From NCBI GenBank assembly GCA_025355725.1, contig JANXZC010000034.1, positions 1 through 57,794 on the forward strand: a stretch of 57,794 nucleotides of DNA, written 5' to 3'. The notes under the pieces were generated by a model. The model did no database searches, was not told the DNA's origin, and saw only the letters and a list, made by a program, of their open reading frames with translations. This stretch comes from Syntrophus sp. (in: bacteria). GTDB taxonomy: Bacteria > Desulfobacterota > Syntrophia > Syntrophales > UBA8958. Positions 38,430 to 47,764 of the stretch are shown piece by piece. Position numbers and translations under genes: made by a program. Position 1 is the stretch's first letter, and each line of letters begins with the position of its first letter.

Positions 38430-38786
38430 ATGGAAACAATATGGTCCTTCATTCATAGTCATCAGTTTGCCGTCATTGCCGTTATTACTGTTGCCTTGAT
38501 TATTATTTACTTTCTATTCAAGAATCTGATCAAGCTGGCCCTGTTATTTCTTCTTATCCTGATACTGACGGGGAGCTATTTCTATTTTACGGCCCCCAGG
38601 AAATCCCCGGATGATCTCACCAACGCCATTAAAAAGACACAGGAACAGGCAGGGCAGGTGATCGACAAAGGGAAAGGCGCCTACGATAAGGGCAAGGAAA
38701 TCATTGGTAAGGGCGTGGAGATCACCGACAGCGTCGGCAAGGCGATCAGTAAAGACAAGGACAAGGAGGCGACTCGCAAAGATTGA
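38430..38786 (+). CDS. hypothetical membrane protein
   Basis: Two TM segments and a charged amphipathic tail; ATG 38430. Confidence 0.65.
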   Translation: METIWSFIHSHQFAVIAVITVALIIIYFLFKNLIKLALLFLLILILTGSYFYFTAPRKSPDDLTNAIKKTQEQAGQVIDKGKGAYDKGKEIIGKGVEITDSVGKAISKDKDKEATRKD

Positions 38787-38792
38787 GCATGT

Positions 38793-39218
38793 TTAGAAAA
38801 TATTGACCTCCATGGCCCGGACCGGACAGGCTGAGACGCAGAGTTCGCAACCGTTACACTTCTCGGCGTCAAATAACACCCGTTGTGTATCCATTTCAAA
38901 GAACAGGGCATCGGTGGGGCAGAAGGCGGTACATGCACCGCAGTGAACGCATTTGTCGGCGTTCTGGTTTACGCTCTTGGATAGGGGCTCGACCTTAAGA
39001 CCTTGCTCTTTGAGATAGCGGATCCCGTTGTTAAAATTTTCCGGGCTGCCGCTCAATTCCAGGACGATGATGCCTTCCCGTTTGGGGAAGATCCGGGCTT
39101 TAAGAATATTGAAGACCAGGTCATGGATTTTAACAAGCTGACAAATGATTGGTTGATCAACATTCTCAGCGGTATAATGAATTACAATTTTCCTGGACAC
39201 TCGCTGTTCATTCTCCAT
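38793..39218 (-). CDS. NIL domain + 2x[4Fe-4S] ferredoxin
   Basis: PIICQLVK..FNILKA (NIL domain); CVHCGACTAFCP and CNGCELCVSACP. Confidence 0.88.
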   Translation of the reverse strand: MENEQRVSRKIVIHYTAENVDQPIICQLVKIHDLVFNILKARIFPKREGIIVLELSGSPENFNNGIRYLKEQGLKVEPLSKSVNQNADKCVHCGACTAFCPTDALFFEMDTQRVLFDAEKCNGCELCVSACPVRAMEVNIF

Positions 39219-39302
39219 GATCTCTCTCCCGTCTCCTTTTCTTGGGGTGATGTTATGGGAATGGTCGTTTCTTGTCAAGGTTTTCATGAAAATGCTCGTT
39301 CT

Positions 39303-39761
39303 CTATGCCTTTTCCGTTTTGCCGTCTCTTTTTTCCGGGGAATCGGGAGGGATCGGGAAAATGTCAAAGAAAGGCTTGAAGGGATTTATGGCTGAGTAGT
39401 CAATGTCCCGATCCAGCCACTTTTTGAACTGGCTATCCGTCATCGTCCGATAGGACAGATAGTTTTTCAGTATCTGTTCCAGGTATTTTTGAAAAAATTC
39501 GTTGAGAATATTTTCGCCATACTGGATAATGAGATGAAGAAGCGGCAAGGGGAGAAGGAAATTTCGTTTTCTTGATTCTTCAAGAATAATCTGAGTCAGG
39601 ATGAAGGAGGTAACGTCTTCCTTGGTCTTGGCATCGACGACTTGGACCTGTCGGCCCTCCCGGATGGCACGGGTGATATCATCTAGATTCACATAGCTGC
39701 TTTGTGCCGTGTCGTAGAGCCGGCGGTTTCCGTATTTTTTGTAGAGGAGCTTTTCTTGCAT
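39303..39761 (-). CDS. phaR: PHA synthesis regulator PhaR (DNA-binding)
   Basis: KKYGNRRLYDTAQSSYVNL, VVDAKTKEDVT..LTQIILEE. Confidence 0.88.
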   Translation of the reverse strand: MQEKLLYKKYGNRRLYDTAQSSYVNLDDITRAIREGRQVQVVDAKTKEDVTSFILTQIILEESRKRNFLLPLPLLHLIIQYGENILNEFFQKYLEQILKNYLSYRTMTDSQFKKWLDRDIDYSAINPFKPFFDIFPIPPDSPEKRDGKTEKA

Positions 39762-39945
39762 ATTTCTTTTTCTCAATTATTGGTTATCCCTTTAACAAGG
39801 ATATTGACATAACGCAACAAATATTTTTTTATTTAGTGCGTTGGCTCACCGGTCACATTTTATAGTATAGCAAGATGCATTCAATATTAAAGCATATTTT
39901 AAATTAATATGGAAAATGATGTGTGTTTCGTTTGGGGAAAAAATA

Positions 39946-39996
39946 TTGTGCGTTGCAACATTTTTCCCTTGACAAACCGAAAAATGGGCTTATATT
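39946..39996 (+). promoter_or_regulatory. phasin promoter with adjacent PhaR-like box
   Basis: TTGTGCGTTGCAACA (TGC-N3-GCA, 39946-39960) directly upstream of TTGACA-N16-TATATT (39969-39996). Confidence 0.65.
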
Positions 39997-40028
39997 AGGC
40001 ACAAAAACAAGCAGGAGGTATTACAACC

Positions 40029-40328
40029 ATGGAACAAGGAAAGATTGCAAAACAGATGGTCGATTTTCATAAGGCCACATTCGACAACACCTTTAACGCA
40101 ATGTCGATTTTACAGGAGCAGACGGAACGGATGGTGGGCATGTTTCTCGAACAGTCCCCCTGGGTACCGGAAGAAGGTAAAACTGCGATTCAGGATTGGG
40201 TAAAGGCTTACAAGAAGGGCCGGTCGGATTTTAAGACTTCTGCCAACGATAGTTTCAAGAAAGTGGAAGACTTTTTTGTTACTTTTAACAAGCAGGGCGG
40301 GGAAACAAAGGTAAAATCGGGCAAATAG
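40029..40328 (+). CDS. phasin-like small helical protein 1
   Basis: 99 aa amphipathic protein, divergent from phaR, GGAGG RBS; paralog of the next gene. Confidence 0.65.
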   Translation: MEQGKIAKQMVDFHKATFDNTFNAMSILQEQTERMVGMFLEQSPWVPEEGKTAIQDWVKAYKKGRSDFKTSANDSFKKVEDFFVTFNKQGGETKVKSGK

Positions 40329-40359
40329 CCTGAACAAACAAGAAAAAGGAGGAAACAAA

Positions 40360-40626
40360 ATGGATCCGAAGCAGATTTCAAAACAGATGTTCGATTTCAA
40401 CAAGATGGCTTTTGAAAAGTCCTTAGCGGCCATGGTCGTCATGCAGGATCAGGCGGAAAAGATGTTCAACATGTGGATGGAACAGAACAAGTGGTTTCCC
40501 GAGGAAGGCAAAAAGGCCATGGAGGAATGGGTTAAAACCTACCGAAAAGGCCGTGAGGATTTCAAGGCCAAGGTTGAAGATGGTTACAAGAAAATGGAAG
40601 AATACCTGGCGCCAAAGGAAAAGTGA
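40360..40626 (+). CDS. phasin-like small helical protein 2
   Basis: Shares KQMxDFxK..F, Q.Q.E.M, W.PEEGK.A..WVK.Y.KGR.DFK with 40029-40328. Confidence 0.65.
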   Translation: MDPKQISKQMFDFNKMAFEKSLAAMVVMQDQAEKMFNMWMEQNKWFPEEGKKAMEEWVKTYRKGREDFKAKVEDGYKKMEEYLAPKEK

Positions 40627-40643
40627 AAAAATAACCAAAGTTT

Positions 40644-40796
40644 GACGGCGGCGCAAAAAGTCTGAAATTGCCTTTTTAGTCATTCCGGCGGAAGCCGGAA
40701 AACGAAGTTTAATGTTCACAATCCAGCATTTGCGAATAGTTCTGGCCCCCGGCTTTCGCCGGGGTGACGGTGTGTGTGGCTTTTTGCGAGCTTGTC
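40644..40796. repeat. composite REP/MITE-like element
   Basis: Outer IR GACGGCGGCGCAAAAAGTC / GGCTTTTTGCGAGCTTGTC; inner GTCATTCCGGCGGAAGCCGG and CCCCGGCTTTCGCCGGGGTGAC palindromes. Confidence 0.65.
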
Positions 40797-40826
40797 TGTC
40801 TTGATGGGGAGAGAAATATTGTTTTT

Positions 40827-42392
40827 ATGCTGTCTAATTTTAATCAACAGGCATTAAGCCGCGTAGCGTCCGCCTATACCGGGAGGTTCAGAGAAACTCC
40901 CGGGAAGATGCTGGAGGTTACCACGGATATGCTCAAGGCCGGCCAGCTCTACAGTCTGGGTGTACTTGTCTATATGGCCGATTTTATGGTCCCCTTCTGG
41001 ACGGCATGGGAAGGCTTCAACCGACTCGAAAAGAAAAAGCTGTCAAACACCCTCCCCATCCAGAGCGCGGCCGACTACTATGAATTATTACAGTTTAATC
41101 TCCAGATTGCCGAGCAGGGAATGACGGGTTCCCTAAGGGGATTCCGTGATTTCTACAAGAAAGAAACAGCGAGAGTCTTCATTTCTCTTCTCAATAGCCT
41201 CTATGGAGATGAAGACGACAACATTCCTGATTATGCAGCCAATCTGGCTCGCCTTACCGATAACGTCATCAATCGGTATCCCGAAGCCATAAGAAAGATA
41301 GGCGGGGAATTCGGATTTCACTTCGATGACGGGGGGTACATCAAGACGGCAGAAACGGAGCGGTTTGTCCTGTACCAGGTTCTCTCCCGGGATCAGAGCA
41401 TCCATCCCCGGAAGGATGGAAAACCGATCATGATTATCCATCCATACGTCCTGGGGCCGAATATTCTGGCCTTTTTGCCCGACGAGAAGAAAAGCTATGT
41501 CCACGCCTTTGCCGATCAGGGGATTCCGACCTACATCCGGATTCTCAAGGACATCCAGACGACGGAGGCGGTACAAGTAATGACGGGTGAAGACGATGCC
41601 CGCGATACCCGTCGGCTCTGTGAATTGCTGAAAGCAACCCATGGTCGTTCCGTTACCCTGAATGGTTTCTGTCAGGGCGGGTTCATGGCCGTCCTGGATA
41701 TCCTCTCCGGCGAACTCGATGGTCTTGTGGACGCCCTCATCACCTGTGTCGCCCCCATGGACGGTACCCGGAGCAAATCCCTCGTGGAATACATGCAGCA
41801 TTTACCATCCCGATTCCGGGATCTCAATTATGCCGGCAAGAGTCTGCCCAATGGGAACAGAATTGTCGACGGTAAGGTTATGAGCTGGGTCTATAAGTTA
41901 AAAAGCATGGAGAAAGAGGCGCCCCTTGTAATTCTCCATCGTGATCTCAGCAATATTAGAGGTTCGGAAATCGGTAAAACGGCAGCGGCCATGAATCATT
42001 GGCTGATCCATGACCGGATGGACCTTCCGGAAGGGATCACTAAACTCAGCTTCGATTCCTATACAATTCCTGTGGCTGAAGATGGAACCCTGCCGGTCAA
42101 GCTTTTCGGTAAAACCCTGAACTTTAAAGGTATCAAGGAAAAGGGAATCCCCTGGCTCCTCTGTTATGCCGAAGGGGATGATCTTGTTGACAAGGATGCC
42201 GCCCTGGTTCCTGCGGATTATGTCGATGTGGAAGTGACGCCCTTTCCGAAAGGACACGGGGCGATTGCCACATCCTGGTCTGATCCGCGTTCGGCGTGCG
42301 CTCTCCACACCCGGTTCGGTAATGGTTACCGGGGGCCGGTGCGTTTCCAGCTTGATCTGGAAGAAGGGAAGAGGAACAGCAATGGATCGTAA
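40827..42392 (+). CDS. atypical PHA-synthase-like alpha/beta hydrolase-fold protein
   Basis: IIHPYV, GFCQGG (Cys lipase box), VAPMD, EGDDLV (Asp), KGHGA (His); lies in the PHA cluster. Confidence 0.72.
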   Translation: MLSNFNQQALSRVASAYTGRFRETPGKMLEVTTDMLKAGQLYSLGVLVYMADFMVPFWTAWEGFNRLEKKKLSNTLPIQSAADYYELLQFNLQIAEQGMTGSLRGFRDFYKKETARVFISLLNSLYGDEDDNIPDYAANLARLTDNVINRYPEAIRKIGGEFGFHFDDGGYIKTAETERFVLYQVLSRDQSIHPRKDGKPIMIIHPYVLGPNILAFLPDEKKSYVHAFADQGIPTYIRILKDIQTTEAVQVMTGEDDARDTRRLCELLKATHGRSVTLNGFCQGGFMAVLDILSGELDGLVDALITCVAPMDGTRSKSLVEYMQHLPSRFRDLNYAGKSLPNGNRIVDGKVMSWVYKLKSMEKEAPLVILHRDLSNIRGSEIGKTAAAMNHWLIHDRMDLPEGITKLSFDSYTIPVAEDGTLPVKLFGKTLNFKGIKEKGIPWLLCYAEGDDLVDKDAALVPADYVDVEVTPFPKGHGAIATSWSDPRSACALHTRFGNGYRGPVRFQLDLEEGKRNSNGS

Positions 42393-42888
42393 TTTCTATG
42401 AATTCTGGGGGCAGCTTTTTACGAATCTGGCCAAAGGTCAGAAACAGATCGAGGATTTCAGAAAGTGGTTCGGTCAGGGACTGGTAGGATACGAATCTTT
42501 GAACGCTATGTTCCGCAAGGCTTACAATATGGACATGGTCGAAGAGGGATCTTCCGATTACAAGGAATTCTGGCAGAAGTCAGTGGAAACCTTCCAGAAA
42601 TCCTTTCGGGAAAGCCTTGCCCTGATGGAGGTGGTACCCAAGAAGGAGTATGATACACTGGCCCTGAAATGCGCCGCCCTCGAAAAGACCGTGGCCGAGC
42701 AGGAAGAGACCATTCGCAACCTGAGGAGGCTCCTGTCTGAAGAGGGGCTCGGGTCTCCCGCCGCCCTCGATGACCTCCAGGAGCTGATGAAAAAGCAGCA
42801 CAACCAGTTCCAGGATCTCGTGAAAAATATGGCGGTCCTATTCGATCAGGAAACCAAGGTCGACCGCTCCGGGAAAAAGAAGCACTAG
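42382..42888 (+). CDS. PhaE-like / PHA granule coiled-coil protein
   Basis: Overlaps the upstream synthase-like gene; aromatic-rich helices, VVPKKEYDTL followed by a coiled coil resembling the PhaE C-terminus. Confidence 0.55.
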   Translation: MDRNFYEFWGQLFTNLAKGQKQIEDFRKWFGQGLVGYESLNAMFRKAYNMDMVEEGSSDYKEFWQKSVETFQKSFRESLALMEVVPKKEYDTLALKCAALEKTVAEQEETIRNLRRLLSEEGLGSPAALDDLQELMKKQHNQFQDLVKNMAVLFDQETKVDRSGKKKH

Positions 42889-42900
42889 CAGGGAGGGAAA

Positions 42901-42944
42901 CACCACCCCATCCCCATGCTGCCCTCCCCTTGGAGGGGAGGGAA
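42901..42944. repeat. REP-like hairpin repeat
   Basis: CCCATCCCCATGCTGCCCTCCCCTTGGAGGGGAGGGAA, related to 17251-17290 and 12145-12177. Confidence 0.55.
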
Positions 42945-43140
42945 CTACAGGGGTAGCTGCGTCTCTTTACCCATCACCAAAGCATCCCCATCTTGGACAT
43001 GCAATTGAGACACTATTTGATGGTGTCCCCAGCCCGTAGGGGTCGGAACGCGTCTTCGGATGAAAGCAGTCCATGACGAAGGCGGAAGCGCAACGCAGCA
43101 GAAGCCTGCCCCCGTGAAGACGGTTTTTTTTGCAAAACCG

Positions 43141-43569
43141 TTAAACTTTCGGAGCTTTGGGTGGGCTTACCAGCGCCTCGCCGTCCAGAACAAGGGTCCC
43201 GTCCTGATTCCGGCAGGTGGTCCGGAGGCGGAGCCGGTTCTTCTCCTTAATGATTTCTACAACCTCAGCCCTGCCGGTAATTGTGTCTCCCATACGCACG
43301 GGGGCGAGAAAGTTCAATTCCTGACGAAGATAGATTGTCCCCGGACCAGGCAATTGCATGCCCAGAATGGAGGATATGAAACCCGCCGTCAACATCCCGT
43401 GGGCGATCCGGGTCTTAAAAAATGTCCCGGCGGCATAGGATTCATTGATATGGGCCGGATTGAGATCCCCGGTTATCCCGGCATACAGGTAAACATCGGT
43501 TTCCGTCACTGTCTTGGCAAACTCGGCCGCGTCCCCTACTTTAATGGCATCAATGGTTTTCCCGATCAT
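43141..43569 (-). CDS. phaJ: MaoC-family (R)-specific enoyl-CoA hydratase
   Basis: TGDLNPAH hydratase-2 motif, RIAHGML, LPGPGTIYLRQELNFLAPV. Confidence 0.85.
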   Translation of the reverse strand: MIGKTIDAIKVGDAAEFAKTVTETDVYLYAGITGDLNPAHINESYAAGTFFKTRIAHGMLTAGFISSILGMQLPGPGTIYLRQELNFLAPVRMGDTITGRAEVVEIIKEKNRLRLRTTCRNQDGTLVLDGEALVSPPKAPKV

Positions 43570-43656
43570 TTTTCCCTCCCCATAAATTGATGATTCCCGC
43601 AACGCAACGCCGCAGGCGCCTGCCCTCGTATAGATGGGAAACTTTCCCCATAGTCG

Positions 43657-44703
43657 CTAAAACCAGCACTTGTAGGTCCAGGCCGATTCCTTCATATCCT
43701 GCAGATCATTCTTCAACATAAGGTAGAGGCTGGCATTCTGAATGGCCAGCCCTCCCTGGTAGGCAAGTGCCGTGACGAGTTCGATTTCGTCCTCCGAAAA
43801 AACCTTCTTCATGCTGCTGTAAAGGCGCAGGACGCCAATGACATCCTCCTTGGCCTTTATCGGTACACAGAGGATAGAGACAATGCCTTCTTCCTTTTTC
43901 TCCTGCTTATATTGAACACCCTTGTCCGTATATGCGTCGATTATGGCAACGGGTTTGCCCTTGAGGGCTACGGCAATGCTTTTTTCCGCTGATATTGGAC
44001 CTTTTTTCAGATACTTCTCACTTAGACCGTAACTTGCCACCAGTTGCAGAACCGTCTTTTCATCATTAAGCAGGCGGATCGAAGCGGCCTTCACACCCAG
44101 GGACTTGGCCACATCTTCCGTCAGGATCTGGAGAATAGCCTTGATATCGAGACTCGAGGCGATATTTGCCGCCAGATTCAGGAAAAGCCTGGTATTACTC
44201 CGGAGTTTCTCAACCAAACGGGCATTTTCAATGGCCAGGCCCCCCTGTTCCGCCAGGACACGGAGAAACTCGATCTCTTCCTTGTCAAATTCCCTGATTT
44301 TTGAGGTATACATGGAGAGCACGCCGATGAGCTCGCCCTTGACCTTGGCCGGGACGACAAGGATGGAACCGATACCTTCAGCCTTTTTTTTATCCAGATT
44401 GTTCAGGCGCGGATCTGTCGTCGCATCGTGGTAATAGATGAAGCCGTCCTTCAGCAGGGTCGGGGCAATCTTGTCGGCATGTCCATAACCTGCGTGTAGA
44501 TAATGCTGCGATAATCCCTTTTGCGCGACTACCGTATAGTTTTCCTTTCCCTCGTCAACCAGAAACAGGCAGACCGCCTTCACCTTCATGGTATCCAGGG
44601 CGCTATCCACGATCAACTGGAACAGGACTTCCATGTCCTTGGTTGTCCCAAATGTTTCACTGATTTTTCTGATGGTCCTGAAATAGCTTTGTTTTTCCGC
44701 CAT
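43657..44703 (-). CDS. tandem GAF-GAF protein without output domain
   Basis: Two repeats: GIGSILVVP..LAEQGGLAIENA and GIVSILCVP..LAYQGGLAIQNA. Confidence 0.85.
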   Translation of the reverse strand: MAEKQSYFRTIRKISETFGTTKDMEVLFQLIVDSALDTMKVKAVCLFLVDEGKENYTVVAQKGLSQHYLHAGYGHADKIAPTLLKDGFIYYHDATTDPRLNNLDKKKAEGIGSILVVPAKVKGELIGVLSMYTSKIREFDKEEIEFLRVLAEQGGLAIENARLVEKLRSNTRLFLNLAANIASSLDIKAILQILTEDVAKSLGVKAASIRLLNDEKTVLQLVASYGLSEKYLKKGPISAEKSIAVALKGKPVAIIDAYTDKGVQYKQEKKEEGIVSILCVPIKAKEDVIGVLRLYSSMKKVFSEDEIELVTALAYQGGLAIQNASLYLMLKNDLQDMKESAWTYKCWF

Positions 44704-44718
44704 GGTTTTGTCCCCCTC

Positions 44719-46005
44719 CTATATCGTTTCCTGAATGACCTGCGTTAAGGACGGCTTGATGGTTTGTTCTTTCCGCGTGGGTCTTGGCCTTTCGGACCTT
44801 TGCCTTGCGGTTCGTACGGGCTTTTTCTCTGCCGCCGGACGGGAAGGCCTTTTTAATCGTGAGGCTGGGGATGGCTGCTCCCCTATTGCTTCACTAACCA
44901 CGGCAACGGGCCTCTGCTCCCCGTCCCGCTCCCGCAGCCACCTGATGATCTTGGGGGCAAATTCCCGCTGGCACTTGGAGCTGACATAAATTCCGATATG
45001 CCCGGTGTCCAGGCTGACATCCTCGGTGTCGGAACTGCCGACACATTTTGTCAGCATATTGCAGGCCTCCGGGGGAACGAGGTGATCGTACATTCCATAG
45101 TAATTCAACAGGGGCATGGTGATTTTCTTCAGATCAACGCGGCGTCCCCCGATCTCAAGCTTGTTCTGGATCAGGAGGTTCTTTTTGTAGAAATCATTGG
45201 CAAACTGGCGGAAAGTTTCCCCGGGAACATCGGGACTGTCGAAAATCCATTTCTCCATGCGGACGAAATTCTCCACAAAGGACTTACTCCCCATGCTCTC
45301 GAAGAACCCCACATATTTGTCGATCATGAGCCGGGCCGGATTCAGCATCAGAAAACCGAGATTCATCACATCGCCGGGGAGGTTGCCGAAGGTGTCAATG
45401 ATCTTGTCCGTGTCGATGGCCCGCATCCAGATATGGAGGAGGCCCTTGTCCGTATCGAAGTTGGTCGGAGTCACCGTGGTAATGAGATTTTTGATCTTTT
45501 CCGGATGGAGGGCGGAATAGATCACACAGAACGTGCCTCCCATGCAGATCCCCATGAGATTAATCTGGGGGGCGCCAGTCTTTTCGAGGATGTAATCCAC
45601 GATATTGTCCATGTACCCGTTGATATGGTCGTCAATGGTGACGAAACGGTCCTGTCTGGTCGGATAGCCCCAGTCGATCATGTAGAGATCGATGCCGCCA
45701 TTGAGAAAGGTCTGGACGACGCTCCGGTCGGGCTGCAGATCCAGCATCGTTTCCCGGTTGATGAGGGCGTAGGTCACCAGGAGGGGAGTTTTCATGGTTA
45801 CATCGCCGGGGGTGCGGTAATGTTTCAGCTTAACCCGGTCCTCTTCATAGACCACATCATAGGGCGTCGTGGCCATAGCGGTTTCAAGGGGGCCAAGGAG
45901 CACCTCGGAGGCCTTGGTCGCCGTATCCTGAGCTTTCTCGGCTTCCGCAGCAATATTGGCCAAAATCAGGTCCAGGGAAATCTTCTGTTGGTCCATAATA
46001 TCCAC
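44719..46005 (-). CDS. phaC: class III PHA synthase subunit PhaC
   Basis: YALINR..LDLQPDRS, IDWG, GICMGG, MEKWIFDSPD, YDHLVPP, TGHIG. Confidence 0.93.
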   Translation of the reverse strand: MDIMDQQKISLDLILANIAAEAEKAQDTATKASEVLLGPLETAMATTPYDVVYEEDRVKLKHYRTPGDVTMKTPLLVTYALINRETMLDLQPDRSVVQTFLNGGIDLYMIDWGYPTRQDRFVTIDDHINGYMDNIVDYILEKTGAPQINLMGICMGGTFCVIYSALHPEKIKNLITTVTPTNFDTDKGLLHIWMRAIDTDKIIDTFGNLPGDVMNLGFLMLNPARLMIDKYVGFFESMGSKSFVENFVRMEKWIFDSPDVPGETFRQFANDFYKKNLLIQNKLEIGGRRVDLKKITMPLLNYYGMYDHLVPPEACNMLTKCVGSSDTEDVSLDTGHIGIYVSSKCQREFAPKIIRWLRERDGEQRPVAVVSEAIGEQPSPASRLKRPSRPAAEKKPVRTARQRSERPRPTRKEQTIKPSLTQVIQETI

Positions 46006-46029
46006 CTCTTTTTTAACCAGTTAAGCTGA

Positions 46030-46947
46030 TTATGCTGCCTGCGACTTATCTTTTTGGGCGAGTTTTTTTTCCAGCACCTTTATCCTCTTTTTCATCAGGT
46101 AAAGGTCCTTGTAGATATTATCCATATCCTTGTTGGTAGGAATCGGAAGACCTTGCAGTAAGTCCTGAAGTACATCATTTTTAGCCCCGACATAGACTTC
46201 CATCTGTTTGATCAGCTCTTCCATGGCGGCAAGATATTCGGGTGATTTGAATAGATTCATGTAATGCCCCTCGAGAATTTTGATCCAGAGGTTGTAATAG
46301 TCTTTTGCCTTGTCGGGGGCATTTCCCTCTTTGGAGAGGTCCTCTATCTTGTCCTGGAAGACCTTCATTGATTTTTCCATGGGCAGGTAGATGAGATAAA
46401 GGAATTCGGAAAGGGTCGGTTTGAGGATGTTGGCCTGGTCCAGCAGATGATTTAACCTTTCCTGGTAATAACGGGTCAATCCTAACTGGGGAATCTTGAA
46501 ATATTGACTGAATTCCTCCTCATAAATTTCCCGCCAGGCCTTGAAGATACCCTGATCCAGATTCTCGAACTGATAGGCCTCGGTTTTATGGCCGATCTTC
46601 CCGGCTTTTTCCGCGACCTTTTTCTGGAGACGCGCCGATGCTTCCCAACCCGCTTTGGATATTTTCATGAAAAATTCCGGCAGGGTGTTGAGACCCTTGA
46701 GAATAGCATCGGCCATCTGGGGATCATTGAGGGCGGACGAGGCGGACTGCATACGCTTCAGCGTTGCTTCCATGGATTCGGTATAGCGATTTTTCTTGCC
46801 CTCCTGATCGGGGGGGACAAAGTCTGCCGCCGCTCCGGGATCTCCCTTGATCATTGAGGTCCAGAAACCCGTGGAGGCCTTCATCCACTCCTGCATCATG
46901 GCATCCATATTGTCTTTTCCCGATTTATTATCTTCCATCCGAAGCAC
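46030..46947 (-). CDS. phaE: class III PHA synthase subunit PhaE
   Basis: PQLGLTRYYQE, YYNLWIKILE, LPIPTNKDMD..LKKRIK; directly upstream of phaC. Confidence 0.85.
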   Translation of the reverse strand: MLRMEDNKSGKDNMDAMMQEWMKASTGFWTSMIKGDPGAAADFVPPDQEGKKNRYTESMEATLKRMQSASSALNDPQMADAILKGLNTLPEFFMKISKAGWEASARLQKKVAEKAGKIGHKTEAYQFENLDQGIFKAWREIYEEEFSQYFKIPQLGLTRYYQERLNHLLDQANILKPTLSEFLYLIYLPMEKSMKVFQDKIEDLSKEGNAPDKAKDYYNLWIKILEGHYMNLFKSPEYLAAMEELIKQMEVYVGAKNDVLQDLLQGLPIPTNKDMDNIYKDLYLMKKRIKVLEKKLAQKDKSQAA

Positions 46948-47025
46948 CTCTTTTTTTATAAGAAAGCTAATGAGACTTTTTGCCTGTTAAAGATCGAGGG
47001 GTGAGACTACTGAAATACGTGTCTC

Positions 47026-47054
47026 ATGATATTATGGGCAGGCCCTTTTGTCAA
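47026..47054 (-). promoter_or_regulatory. sigma70-type promoter for phaEC
   Basis: TTGACA-N17-TATCAT on minus strand. Confidence 0.6.
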
Positions 47055-47130
47055 TAAGATGTTATCAACATTGTTCTCGCCGTTCGCCAAAATATGTTCG
47101 CCCCAAGATTAATCGTCGTGACCGGGCACC

Positions 47131-47610
47131 TCACTCCTTGAGCAGCTCATCCCAGGGCATCCCGGGAAAGGTCTCATGGAGGGAATGATCGTCTTCCACG
47201 AGACAATATGTCAGATCGTTAAAGGTCCCCTCGGCAACCGGCCGGACCTCGCCGGGAGGGACCACGTCATCCTGGCGGCCGTGATAGAGATGGACGGGCA
47301 TGTTCAAGACCTGCCCTGCATATGATTCAAATTCATCAAGATTGATCGCCGGGGCCAGGAGGATAAGGCGTCGGACCTTTCCCGGATGCAGACAGGCGTA
47401 GATAGCTGCCATCAGGCCGCCGTAGCTGGAGCCGACAAGAATCAGCTTCTCTTTCCCCATCAGGACGGCCTCCAGTTTTTCCATCCGCGTCTCTAAATGC
47501 CCGATATAATCCTCGATGATCATTTCGGGATAACGTTCCCGGAAATATATTCCTTTCGTACCCTGGCTGGTGCTTTCCAGTCCATGAATGAAAACCCTTG
47601 TTGGCGTCAT
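47131..47610 (-). CDS. small alpha/beta hydrolase (YqiA/YcfP-like esterase)
   Basis: FIHGLES, GSSYGG nucleophile elbow, HGRQDDVVP, DDHSL. Confidence 0.82.
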   Translation of the reverse strand: MTPTRVFIHGLESTSQGTKGIYFRERYPEMIIEDYIGHLETRMEKLEAVLMGKEKLILVGSSYGGLMAAIYACLHPGKVRRLILLAPAINLDEFESYAGQVLNMPVHLYHGRQDDVVPPGEVRPVAEGTFNDLTYCLVEDDHSLHETFPGMPWDELLKE

Positions 47611-47764
47611 AAGCGTCCTCCTCAGTATGTCCTTACTGTATGACAACCTGTCCGTCCGTGTCCAGCGAAGATTCCCCTCTGCATAAGCGAAGATTTCCTT
47701 CCCGTTGCTTTCAGGATGGGACTGTGGTAGAAGCCCGCCATATCCCATTTGAAAGGCTTTATCC

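Noticed and set aside
42950-43140. Possible ncRNA between the convergent PHA operons
   Set aside because: Looks like degenerate pieces of the intergenic repeat families; no recognisable RNA family.
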